The notes beneath the pieces were generated by a model, which did not search any database, had not been told where the DNA came from, and saw only the letters and a list, made by a program, of their open reading frames with translations. Position numbers and translations under genes: made by a program. Source: Pseudomonadota bacterium (lineage in GTDB: Bacteria; Pseudomonadota; Alphaproteobacteria; Sphingomonadales; Sphingomonadaceae). Taken from it: DNA of 64,000 nt. Position 1 is the stretch's first letter. Each line of letters begins with the position of its first letter. The stretch is taken from contig JBBTFY010000005.1 of NCBI GenBank assembly GCA_038041635.1, forward strand, positions 9,781-73,780, read 5' to 3'. Below, piece by piece: positions 12,521 to 21,139 of this stretch.

Positions 12521-12554
12521 TAGGGTGGAAAGGGGAAAATTAGGGAAAATACGG
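12521..12554. promoter_or_regulatory. Candidate MraZ operator (10-bp-period GGG repeats)
   Basis: tagggtggaa/aggggaaaat/tagggaaaat/acgg upstream of mraZ; G-runs start near 12523, 12533, 12543, 12553. Confidence 0.5.
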
Positions 12555-12567
12555 ATTATTGATCTAT

Positions 12568-12582
12568 ATTCACTATATGTTC
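12568..12582. promoter_or_regulatory. Candidate alphaproteobacterial LexA (SOS) box
   Basis: ATTC-ACTATAT-GTTC, one mismatch from GTTC-N7-GTTC. Confidence 0.4.
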
Positions 12583-12691
12583 CGCCAGAAACACCACCAA
12601 TGCCGCTCGCCTCGTGTCGTGATGTGAAAAATAGTGGTGCCGGATCACAGTATTTTGGATGTCAATCGAGTGAAAATGCGAGTCGCTGTGC

Positions 12692-13882
12692 CTATCGCGT
12701 CCAGACGGGTTCCGCCCAAGCGCGACTCGTATCTTGACCCGCCAGCGCATCGAGCCGACCCATGAGCCATAGCATGTTACCGCTGCGCCAATTGGCGGGC
12801 GTGCCGACGCCCGCCTTCGCGGCACCGCCCCAGTGCCGCGCACGCAGCCAATCGCCATCGGCGACAATGATCGCGCGGCCAGTGCCGATGTGGCAATCTG
12901 CAATTGCCCCCGACGCCATTAAGCGGCACCCGCCCCCATAGCGCCGCAACCGGCCGGGGCTGAACAGGTGCAGGTGTTGCCCGCCATCCACCACCGCTTG
13001 TTCGCGGGCGACAAGGCCCGCAGGTGCATCAAGCGTCAGCCCCCAATGTGACAGAAGTGGCGTCAACAGGCTGGTCAACGGCGGGTTGCGCGGGTCACCT
13101 AATGAATGCGGTGGCTCCCAACTGCTGAGGCCGTCTGCGAGGATCATCGCTGAGCCGCCGCCGCGCACCCAATCGTCAATCGTCACAAGTTGCTGCGGTG
13201 CCAAAGCTCGCGGATGCGCCAGCAACAGGACATCGGTCTGTGCCAACACCGCTGGATCTACCGAATCCGCCATCGTCACACGAAAGCGTTGCCGCAGCAA
13301 CGTCAGCGCTGGTTCCTCGTCCCCCAATCCCGCTAGCACCGCCGCAACATCGCCCTGCCCGCTGGTTAAGGGGAGCGACGTCAAAAGGGTCAAGCGAGGG
13401 CCGTTGGCGCGTGTGGGTAATTCATACAAGCTCGGCAATATGGCCCATGCGGCGGCTGCAAATGGGAAGCCGCAGAGAGCGGTAGCCACCATCTTGAACA
13501 GTAATTTAGACCTGCGCCTATAATATGCGCTTTCGGCAACTCCCTCGAAATATGGCCAAACCCATTGGGCGATGATGATGGCCAACCCGATGCTGCTCAG
13601 CGTAAAGAGCACCCACTGCATCCAAAGAAATACACTTATCCCCTGTATTGCCGCGATGGCCACCACAAGCATGGACGTCATTCCACCGATCACCCCAGCC
13701 TGTCGCCATGGCATCGGTCCCGCCGCCCACGACATCATCACGCTAGCCCAGCCCAGTCCCGGCAGCGCGAGCAGCGGATCAACGCGACCCAGCGCCCACC
13801 AGCCACCGCCAATCAGCGCAATCGCTATCGTAATGGCCGCGTGCAGCAACGCCGCCAAAATGAGGCGGCGCGATACGCTCAC
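12692..13882 (-). CDS. Membrane protein with GldG/DUF4350-like extracytoplasmic domain
   Basis: Several N-terminal TM segments; DVLLLAHPR...DDWVRGGG...GRAIIVADGDWL. Confidence 0.65.
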   Translation of the reverse strand: MSVSRRLILAALLHAAITIAIALIGGGWWALGRVDPLLALPGLGWASVMMSWAAGPMPWRQAGVIGGMTSMLVVAIAAIQGISVFLWMQWVLFTLSSIGLAIIIAQWVWPYFEGVAESAYYRRRSKLLFKMVATALCGFPFAAAAWAILPSLYELPTRANGPRLTLLTSLPLTSGQGDVAAVLAGLGDEEPALTLLRQRFRVTMADSVDPAVLAQTDVLLLAHPRALAPQQLVTIDDWVRGGGSAMILADGLSSWEPPHSLGDPRNPPLTSLLTPLLSHWGLTLDAPAGLVAREQAVVDGGQHLHLFSPGRLRRYGGGCRLMASGAIADCHIGTGRAIIVADGDWLRARHWGGAAKAGVGTPANWRSGNMLWLMGRLDALAGQDTSRAWAEPVWTR

Positions 13883-14259
13883 CGCCGCACCTTAGGCACC
13901 TCTATCTGCGGGTCGGGCTGAAGGTCGGGAACGACAACCCCGTCGCCACTGCCCCGTGGTATGGGCGTTGCCGCATTTGGCACGCTAGGTTTATCTTCAG
14001 CCTCTAGCGTCGGCGTCACGCCTAAATCGGCGAGCGGCCCGCCATCGCCATCGCCGGGCAAAATGCCGGGATTTTGCACACCCGCTGCCTGTGCCTGGGC
14101 TTTGGCCATCTCTGCTTCGTGCCGTGCAGCACCTGTCAGCCAGCTGGCCAAAATAACGAGCAACAGCATGACCGCCAGCCCCGACAGGCCGACAATTAAC
14201 CGTCGCCGCGCTTCACGCTTTACGTCATGGACGATATTGGAGCTGCGCGACGTTATCAT
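13879..14259 (-). CDS. Single-TM hypothetical protein
   Basis: RRLIVGLSGLAVMLLLVIL TM; ATG 14259 overlaps the cysK stop, and its stop overlaps the next start. Confidence 0.75.
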   Translation of the reverse strand: MITSRSSNIVHDVKREARRRLIVGLSGLAVMLLLVILASWLTGAARHEAEMAKAQAQAAGVQNPGILPGDGDGGPLADLGVTPTLEAEDKPSVPNAATPIPRGSGDGVVVPDLQPDPQIEVPKVRR

Positions 14260-15284
14260 GATGCTTCTCCAGCCGGATGTGCCGCACCGCCCAGCATCGT
14301 AAAGCCCTTTGCCGCGCGCCATTCGGGGTTATAGAGCGTCGAGAGATACCGAAATCCCGTATCCGCAAGGATAGTCACGATGCGCGTTCCCGGTCCCAAT
14401 TTCCGCCCCAGCGCCACTGCGCCCGCGACATTGATGCCCGATGATAGGCCGAGGCACAGCCCCTCCTCGTTCAACAATTGCCGAACCCATGCGTCACCCT
14501 CGGCATCCGAAATGCGGAACTGCGTATCAATGGGTGCACCGTCAAGGTTGGCGGTGATGCGGCTTTGCCCTATTCCCTCGGCCACGCTGCTGCCCTCGGC
14601 ACGCAGTTCGCCGCAGGCATAGTGGTTGTAAAGCGCCGCACCGTGCGGGTCAGTGAGCGCGATGGTGATAGCGGCGTCGCGCTCCTTGAGGCCAAGTCCA
14701 ACCCCAGCGATTGTCCCACCCGTTCCGGCAGCACAGGTAAAGCCGTCGATGCGCCCGCCCATCTGGTCCCATATTTCCGCAGCCGTTCCGACGATATGCG
14801 CCTTGCGGTTGGCAAGATTGTCAAACTGGTTGGCCCATATTGCACCGGGCGTTTCTTCGGCAATCCGCCGCGACGTGTGGACGAAATGCGCCGGGCTGGC
14901 AAAGGGCGCAGGTGGCACCAGCACCAATGTCGCGCCCAATGCGCGCAATGTCTCCATTTTCTCGCGGCTTTGGGTGTCGGGCATGACGATGGTCACTTTA
15001 TACCCACAGGCATTGGCGACCAGCGCCAAGCCAATGCCGGTATTGCCCGCCGTCCCCTCGACTATCGTGCCGCCGGGTTTGAGCGCCCCGCGCTCCTCGG
15101 CGTCGCGGACGATGAACAAGGCCGCGCGGTCTTTGACCGACGCACCGGGGTTGGCATATTCGCATTTGCCATAAATGTCGCAGCCCGCAGCTTGGCTGGG
15201 TCCGGCCAGATGCACGAGCGGCGTATTGCCGATCAGCGCGAGCGTATTGGATGTCGTTCCTGTCACGCCGATAGATGTAACCAT
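14256..15284 (-). CDS. cysK: Cysteine synthase (O-acetylserine sulfhydrylase)
   Basis: IGNTPLV, PLP lysine motif NPGASVKDR, EGTAGNTG, NQFDN, GTGGT. Confidence 0.92.
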   Translation of the reverse strand: MVTSIGVTGTTSNTLALIGNTPLVHLAGPSQAAGCDIYGKCEYANPGASVKDRAALFIVRDAEERGALKPGGTIVEGTAGNTGIGLALVANACGYKVTIVMPDTQSREKMETLRALGATLVLVPPAPFASPAHFVHTSRRIAEETPGAIWANQFDNLANRKAHIVGTAAEIWDQMGGRIDGFTCAAGTGGTIAGVGLGLKERDAAITIALTDPHGAALYNHYACGELRAEGSSVAEGIGQSRITANLDGAPIDTQFRISDAEGDAWVRQLLNEEGLCLGLSSGINVAGAVALGRKLGPGTRIVTILADTGFRYLSTLYNPEWRAAKGFTMLGGAAHPAGEAS

Positions 15285-15402
15285 GCCATGCCCGCGCGGC
15301 AAGGGGCGGCGTGCAACCCCAAAGTAGGCACCAAGGAACGGGGGTGGTTTTCCACCACAAGCTGGGTTTTTAGTTGCTCGTCTTTGCAGGCAAATCCGAG
15401 GT

Positions 15403-15916
15403 GGTTGATACGATGCACGGGGGAAACAACGGCCGCCTGCGCCTTACAGAGCTGTGGTATCAACGATACACAGTCGTATGATACACATAATACACGTCGT
15501 CATTGCGAGCGGAGCGAAGCAATCCAGAAGCGGTGCCATAGACTGGATTGCCGCGTCGGGCCAAAGCCCTCCTCGCAATGACGAAGAAGAGGGTGCGCGC
15601 GGAGACGCGGAGACGCAGAGGCGCAGAGAAGAATAATCCCCCTCCCCCCCTGTGGGCGTTCAGAGGCGCGTGACTCTGAGCGCGGGTTAGGGGTGGGGGT
15701 AAGGTGTGTAGTTGACAAATATATACCCCCTCTACCCAAGTCCGCCTAGCTGTCAAAGCCAGCAGGCTGCCTATCCTCTCCCCACAAGGGGGAGAGGTAT
15801 TTTTGTTGCCCTTTCCCACTCGCAAACGAGCGCGGGCGGGTGCCGATTAACATTTCAAAGAACCGGAGTCGTGAAATAGCGTGCATATTATCACGGCGAT
15901 AAGCCTGTAGGAAAGC
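15403..15916 (-). repeat. Dispersed composite non-coding element, copy A
   Basis: 93-bp core 15403-15495 and CTGTAGGAAAGC at 15905-15916 are shared with copies at 39990-40346 and 45381-45811; strand given is the inferred promoter direction. Confidence 0.9.
15499..15582. repeat. REP-like inverted doublet GTCATTGCGAG...CTCGCAATGAC
   Basis: Perfect 11-bp terminal inverted repeat with internal gcaatccag/ctggattgc stem. Confidence 0.9.
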
Positions 15917-15958
15917 ACAGACTGTCCTTTCCTCTTCACCTAGGCTAACGGCAACAGC

Positions 15959-16630
15959 ATGTGGCAACTCTATCAATTCCCCTTATGTCCTTTTTCACGC
16001 AAGGTGCGCTTGCTACTGGGAGAAAAGGGCATCGCCTATGACCTGATCACCGAATATCCGTGGGAACAGCGCCCCGGGTTTCGTGACATCAATCTGGCGG
16101 GACGCACCCCCGCAATGCGCAATGCGACACGCGACATCGCGCTGGCCGATTCAGTCGCGATTTGCGAATATTTCGAGGAAACCGAACCCGCCAAGCCGCT
16201 CTATGCCGGCAGCGCAGCGGTGCGTGCCGAGGTCCGCCGCCTGATCGCATGGTTCGACACCAAATTTTACGCTGAAGTCGGCGCGCCGTTACTGATGGAA
16301 AAAATGATCAAGCGGCTATTCTATCGCCAATCGCCCGATGCGACCGCATTGCGCCTGTCGATGCGCGCGGCGAACGACCATATGGAGATGCTGGGGGCCG
16401 CGCTCGACCACCACCGATGGCTGACCGGAACAACGATCACCATGGCCGATTTTGCGGCAGCCGCGCATCTGTCTGTCGCCGACTATCTGGGCGGCATTGA
16501 CTGGGTCGGGCACGATACGGTGCACGACTGGTATGCGGCTATGAAATCCCGCCCCAGTTTCCGCCCGCTGCTCGACGAACGGATGGGGGCGTTGCTGCCA
16601 CCGCCGCATTATGGCGACGTCAATTTTTGA
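15959..16630 (+). CDS. Glutathione S-transferase-fold protein, FzlA-like
   Basis: LCPFSRKVRL N-terminus, DSVAICEY, MKSRPSFRPLL, C-terminal PPHYGDVNF resembling the FzlA tail. Confidence 0.85.
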   Translation: MWQLYQFPLCPFSRKVRLLLGEKGIAYDLITEYPWEQRPGFRDINLAGRTPAMRNATRDIALADSVAICEYFEETEPAKPLYAGSAAVRAEVRRLIAWFDTKFYAEVGAPLLMEKMIKRLFYRQSPDATALRLSMRAANDHMEMLGAALDHHRWLTGTTITMADFAAAAHLSVADYLGGIDWVGHDTVHDWYAAMKSRPSFRPLLDERMGALLPPPHYGDVNF

Positions 16631-16720
16631 TGGGGCAGCCGCTGTTCCGTTTTGGGAAGGTCGATACACCTGTGTGATGCAGTTAACAGTTTTACTACAG
16701 GAATGGGCTAGCCTGAGCAG

Positions 16721-17113
16721 ATGAAGCGGACTCGACATAGATTGACCATTGGCGCGGCCATTATGTCGGCGCTTTTGCCCGCGATGGCTGCGGCGCAAAA
16801 TCCGCCGCCATTACCACCGCCGCCTCCACCGCAGGTAGCCGTGAATAGCCCACCTCCGAACCCAAACAATTCCGGGGGCGGCCAAGAACCGCGCCGCCCG
16901 CCACGCGACCCGTCTATTGCTAGCCTTATGGCCTATATAGAAGGTAGAGGCCTCTCCGCCATCGTCTTGATCGACGATCCGGTGATCGCCTTTGGCAACG
17001 AGGATTTGTGGGTAGCAGAACCAGATGCCCGTCCGGTGCCTGCGGCACCTGTGCGTGTCACCACTGCAGCACGGGCGACAAGTCGTCAGCCGCGAGCCGC
17101 CGTCACCAGATAG
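16721..17113 (+). CDS. Hypothetical proline-rich exported protein
   Basis: Signal-peptide-like N-terminus (AMAAAQ), poly-Pro tract; overlaps the ubiG 3' end by 28 bp. Confidence 0.5.
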   Translation: MKRTRHRLTIGAAIMSALLPAMAAAQNPPPLPPPPPPQVAVNSPPPNPNNSGGGQEPRRPPRDPSIASLMAYIEGRGLSAIVLIDDPVIAFGNEDLWVAEPDARPVPAAPVRVTTAARATSRQPRAAVTR

Positions 17114-17820
17114 TCGAGCGCGGTGCTGCCGCCCGTGCGGAACATGCGCGTGGTGATGTCGGGCGCAAGTCCAGTGACGTCGAGAACGCGCAAGCCAGCA
17201 TCCTCTAGCAGCGCCGTCAGCTCGTTCGGCGTGATGAAGCGCGACCAATCATGCGTCCCGCGCGGCACGCTGCCTAGCCGTTCCGCCGCCTCGACCAGCA
17301 ACAGCTTGCTAAGCCCCGTGCGGTTGGGGGTCGAGAGAATGAGCAAGCCGTCATCGGCCATCCGCGCCGCAAGTGCCGCGATAAAGGCCGCAGGATCGGC
17401 AACATGTTCAATCACCTCCATCGAGGTGACGAGATCGAATTGACCAAGGAGCTCTGCAAAGGCCGCATCGCCAATATCACCATGATGATAAGCGATAGCC
17501 AGCCCCTGTCTGCTGGCATGCTCTGCGGCCACCGCCACATTCTCTGCCGCCGCATCGACACCAACGACGTCCGCGCCAAGCCGCGCCAAGGGTTCGGTGA
17601 GCAATCCCGCGCCGCAACCAACGTCGAGCGCGCGTCTGCCCGACAAAGGGCGGCGGACATTGCGCTCAAGGTGCAAATGTGCGTCAATCGCACCGCGAAT
17701 ATAGCCCAGCCGTGCGGGGTTCAGGCGGTGGAGCATCGCCGAAGACCCCTTGGGATCCCACCAATCGCCGGCGAGTTTGCCGAAATGATCGGCTTCGGAT
17801 GCTGTGATTGTTTTGACCAT
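17086..17820 (-). CDS. ubiG: Ubiquinone biosynthesis O-methyltransferase
   Basis: WWDPKG..LHRLNPAR, LDVGCGAGLL, EVIEHV, GTHDW; start reassigned to ATG 17820. Confidence 0.95.
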   Translation of the reverse strand: MVKTITASEADHFGKLAGDWWDPKGSSAMLHRLNPARLGYIRGAIDAHLHLERNVRRPLSGRRALDVGCGAGLLTEPLARLGADVVGVDAAAENVAVAAEHASRQGLAIAYHHGDIGDAAFAELLGQFDLVTSMEVIEHVADPAAFIAALAARMADDGLLILSTPNRTGLSKLLLVEAAERLGSVPRGTHDWSRFITPNELTALLEDAGLRVLDVTGLAPDITTRMFRTGGSTALDYLVTAARG

Positions 17821-17923
17821 GCCGCACTTTGCAACTTCGTATGCGTGAACGCAACACTTGCACTTCATCTTCCTCGCCCTTAACAGGCGGCAACCGCAGA
17901 AAATGGCGAAAAACAAGGTGCAT

Positions 17924-19189
17924 ATGGCGCGGATCGTAATGAAATTTGGCGGAACGTCGATGGCCGGGACCGAGCGGATTCGCAGCGTCGCCGCCCTCGT
18001 CAAACGCGCGGTCGATGCGGGTAATCAGGTCGCCGTTGTCGTGTCCGCGATGGCGGGCGAGACCGATCGGCTGGTGCAATTTTGCCGCGAAGCCAACCCC
18101 GTTTACGACCCGGCCGAATATGATGTTGTGGTGGCGTCGGGCGAGCAAGTGACCGCTGGATTGCTCGCGCTCACATTACAGGCGATGGGGGTGCCCGCGC
18201 GCAGCTGGCTGGGTTGGCAATTGCCGATCACAACCGAGGAAGCGCATGCCCGCGCCCGAATAGCCAATATCGAAACCGACGCGCTCATCGCCAGCATGGC
18301 GGGCGGCCAAGTCGCGGTCATCCCGGGATTTCAGGGGCGGATGGACGATGGCAGGGTGGCAACGCTGGGGCGCGGGGGATCGGACACCAGCGCGGTCGCG
18401 GTCGCGGCAGCCATTGGGGCCGAGCGCTGTGACATCTATACCGACGTTGACGGCGTCTATACTACCGACCCGCGCATCGTCGCGCGCGCGCGCAAGCTCG
18501 ATTATGTCACCTATGAAGAGATGCTCGAACTGGCGAGCGTCGGGGCCAAGGTGCTGCAAACGCGCTCTGTCGGCCTCGCGATGAAGCTGGGTGTGCGCGT
18601 GCAGGTGTTGTCGAGCTTTGTTGATCCATTGGCCGCGCCAGACGCCGCCGCTTTGCCCGGAACGCTGATTGTCAGCGACGAAGAGATTGAGGAATTGCAG
18701 ATGGAACGCCAATTGATCACCGGCATCGCCTATGACAAAAATGAAGCGAAAATCACGCTCACCCGGGTTCCCGACAGGCCGGGCGCGGTCGCCAACATCT
18801 TTGGCCCGCTCGCCGACGCCGCGATTAACGTCGATATGATTATTCAAAATGTCGGGCGCGACAAGGGTGAAACCGACGTGACCTTCACCGTGCCACGCGC
18901 CGACTTGGCGCGCAGCCTCGACATCCTTGACGGGGTCAAGGAACTAATTGGTTACAACCGCATCCTGCACGAAAATAACGTCGCCAAAGTATCGGTCGTC
19001 GGCGTCGGCATGAAAAGCCATGCGGGCGTTGCGGCAACGATGTTTGCCGCGTTGGCGGGGCGCGGCATCAACGTCCAGGCCATCTCGACCAGCGAGATTA
19101 AGGTCAGCGTGCTGATCGAGGAAGATTATACCGAGCTTGCGGTGCGGGTGTTGCATACGGCCTATGGGCTGGATGCTGACGCGGCTTGA
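17924..19189 (+). CDS. lysC: Aspartate kinase
   Basis: VMKFGGTS, VVSAM, TLGRGGSDTSA, YTDVDGV, two C-terminal ACT domains. Confidence 0.96.
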   Translation: MARIVMKFGGTSMAGTERIRSVAALVKRAVDAGNQVAVVVSAMAGETDRLVQFCREANPVYDPAEYDVVVASGEQVTAGLLALTLQAMGVPARSWLGWQLPITTEEAHARARIANIETDALIASMAGGQVAVIPGFQGRMDDGRVATLGRGGSDTSAVAVAAAIGAERCDIYTDVDGVYTTDPRIVARARKLDYVTYEEMLELASVGAKVLQTRSVGLAMKLGVRVQVLSSFVDPLAAPDAAALPGTLIVSDEEIEELQMERQLITGIAYDKNEAKITLTRVPDRPGAVANIFGPLADAAINVDMIIQNVGRDKGETDVTFTVPRADLARSLDILDGVKELIGYNRILHENNVAKVSVVGVGMKSHAGVAATMFAALAGRGINVQAISTSEIKVSVLIEEDYTELAVRVLHTAYGLDADAA

Positions 19190-20208
19190 TCCCCCACCCC
19201 CACCTCTCCGCCCATATGGCGCGCGGCACGGCATTGCTGGGCAGCAAGTTCGCCATCATGTGCGGCGCGATGTCGTGGGTGAGCGAGCGGAACCTTGTCA
19301 GCGCCATTAGCAATGCCGGCGGGTTCGGCGTGATTGCGTGCGGGGCGATGACCCCCGCACTGCTTGATGCCGAGATTGCCGCGACAAAAAAGCTGACCGA
19401 CCGGCCGTTCGGCGTCAACCTCATCACCATGCACCCTGCGCTGTTCGACCATATTGCGGTGTGTGCGACACACGGCGTCAGCCACATCGTACTGGCGGGC
19501 GGTCTGCCGCCTGCAGGAAGTGTTGAAGCCATCAAAAGCAGTGGCAAAAGCAGCGGTGCCAAGCTGATCTGCTTTGCCCCGACGCTGACCATGGCACGGC
19601 GGCTGGTGCGGCACGGGGTCGATGCGCTGATTATCGAGGGGACAGAAGCAGGCGGGCACATCGGCCCCGTTTCCACCAGCGTTCTGGCGCAGGAAATATT
19701 GCCGCATATGGCCGCAGAGGTGCCGATATTCGTCGCGGGCGGCATCGGGCGCGGAGAAGTGATTGCTGCTTACCTTGAGATGGGCGCAGCGGGCGTGCAG
19801 CTGGGCACGCGCTTTGTTTGCGCCACCGAGAGCATCGCCCACCCCAATTTCAAACGCGCGTTCATCCGCGCGGCGGCGCGTGATGCCGTAGCAAGTGTGC
19901 AGATCGACCCGCGCCTGCCCGTCATCCCCGTGCGCGCGCTCAAAAATGCGGGGACCGAAGCCTTTACCGCCAAACAGCGCGAAGTGGCGCAAAGGCTCGA
20001 CGATGGCTTAATCGACATGATGGCCGCACAGATCGAGATTGAAAGCTATTGGGCGGGCGCGCTACGCCGCGCCGTCATTGACGGCGATGTCGAGCATGGA
20101 TCGTTGATGGCCGGGCAATCGGTGGGGATGGTGGTGGATGAACAGCCCGCCGCGCAAATTATTGCAACATTGGCACGCGAAGCCGAAGATGCGTTAACGG
20201 CGCGATAA
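19186..20208 (+). CDS. Nitronate monooxygenase/FabK-like flavin oxidoreductase
   Basis: SNAGGFG, PFGVNL, EAGGHIG, AGGIG, GVQLGTRF, MAGQSVG. Confidence 0.88.
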   Translation: MIPHPHLSAHMARGTALLGSKFAIMCGAMSWVSERNLVSAISNAGGFGVIACGAMTPALLDAEIAATKKLTDRPFGVNLITMHPALFDHIAVCATHGVSHIVLAGGLPPAGSVEAIKSSGKSSGAKLICFAPTLTMARRLVRHGVDALIIEGTEAGGHIGPVSTSVLAQEILPHMAAEVPIFVAGGIGRGEVIAAYLEMGAAGVQLGTRFVCATESIAHPNFKRAFIRAAARDAVASVQIDPRLPVIPVRALKNAGTEAFTAKQREVAQRLDDGLIDMMAAQIEIESYWAGALRRAVIDGDVEHGSLMAGQSVGMVVDEQPAAQIIATLAREAEDALTAR

Positions 20209-20312
20209 GACGACTCATACACGCGATGGACAGGAATAAACGTGCCTTTTGGCCGTTGAATTGCATATCGCACGCAGGCATGGCAAAATGAAATGACCGG
20301 GTCGGGAGAAGA

Positions 20313-21077
20313 ATGATGGCTGACAGCATAAACAGCAACAGACGCCGCAATGGACTGGGCGCGCCCATAAAGCGCGGCCTTGCTATTGCGCTGGTGATGA
20401 GCATCGCGGCCTGCGCCCCGCCCCCACCGCCACCGCGCCCCGTTCCGCCCCCCGTCATCATTGCGCCGCCGCCGCCAGCACCGATGCTGATGCCAACCCC
20501 GCCGAACAGTGCTGCACCGACGCTGACCATTCCTATAGTTGATGCCATGGGCCGCCGGATGACGCCCAATGTGGACCTCAGCCCCGAGCAAGCCTTGTGG
20601 CAGTTACGGATTGGGCTGAACGTCGCCGCGCTCAATTGTCGTGGCCCGAATGAAGCGGCGCTGGTTGCCGATTATGCGCGATTCCTGAACGCCAACCGCG
20701 CCGCCAATACCCGCGCCGAACGCTGGGTCATTGCCGATCAGGGCCGCCGCACCGGCGGGAATGGCATTGCCGCGCGCGATGCGCTGTCCACGCGCCTGTA
20801 TAATTATTTCGCACAACCGCCAGTAAATGCCGATTTTTGTCGCACGGCGACGAGTGTTATGGCGCTCGCGGCAGCGGAACCCACCGCGACGATTATGAAC
20901 TTTGCATCGACACAATTGCCCGAAGTTGATCGGCCCTTTGTCGATTTCTATACCGCTTATGATCGATATCGCGCCGACTTTGCCGCATGGCAATCACAGC
21001 AAGTTGCTCCAATTCCTGCGGTAACACCTGTGACACCTGTGACCGTATCACCTCCCGCAACAAGCACGGGAAATTAG
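20313..21077 (+). CDS. Hypothetical proline-rich lipoprotein
   Basis: Lipobox-like IAAC followed by a Pro tract; LNVAALNC..YNYFAQP domain. Confidence 0.75.
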   Translation: MMADSINSNRRRNGLGAPIKRGLAIALVMSIAACAPPPPPPRPVPPPVIIAPPPPAPMLMPTPPNSAAPTLTIPIVDAMGRRMTPNVDLSPEQALWQLRIGLNVAALNCRGPNEAALVADYARFLNANRAANTRAERWVIADQGRRTGGNGIAARDALSTRLYNYFAQPPVNADFCRTATSVMALAAAEPTATIMNFASTQLPEVDRPFVDFYTAYDRYRADFAAWQSQQVAPIPAVTPVTPVTVSPPATSTGN

Positions 21078-21139
21078 GGTCCTGACCCTAGCAATAGGGC
21101 GTTGGCGAGGCTGAATATTTTCTGCTACCAAGCGGGGCA

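Noticed and set aside
14478-15581. Long plus-strand ORF and the peptide CGINDTQSY(D/Y)THNT recurring in ORFs 14478-15581, 40051-40377 and 45257-45511
   Set aside because: The shared peptide is a translation of the conserved DNA core; the ORFs have unrelated starts and lengths and the longest is antisense to cysK
15499-15800. CRISPR array interpretation of the clustered palindromes
   Set aside because: No regularly spaced identical direct repeats with unique spacers, and no cas genes in the window
16662-16700. GATACAC plus TTTACTACAG resembling the two ends of the framed element
   Set aside because: Only short partial matches, about 30 bp apart, without the 93-bp core or the 35-nt spacing to ATG; likely chance
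17086-18003. Extended ORF-track starts making ubiG (18003) and lysC (17858) overlap head to head
   Set aside because: Family-like sequence begins at 17820 and 17924; the extensions are not supported
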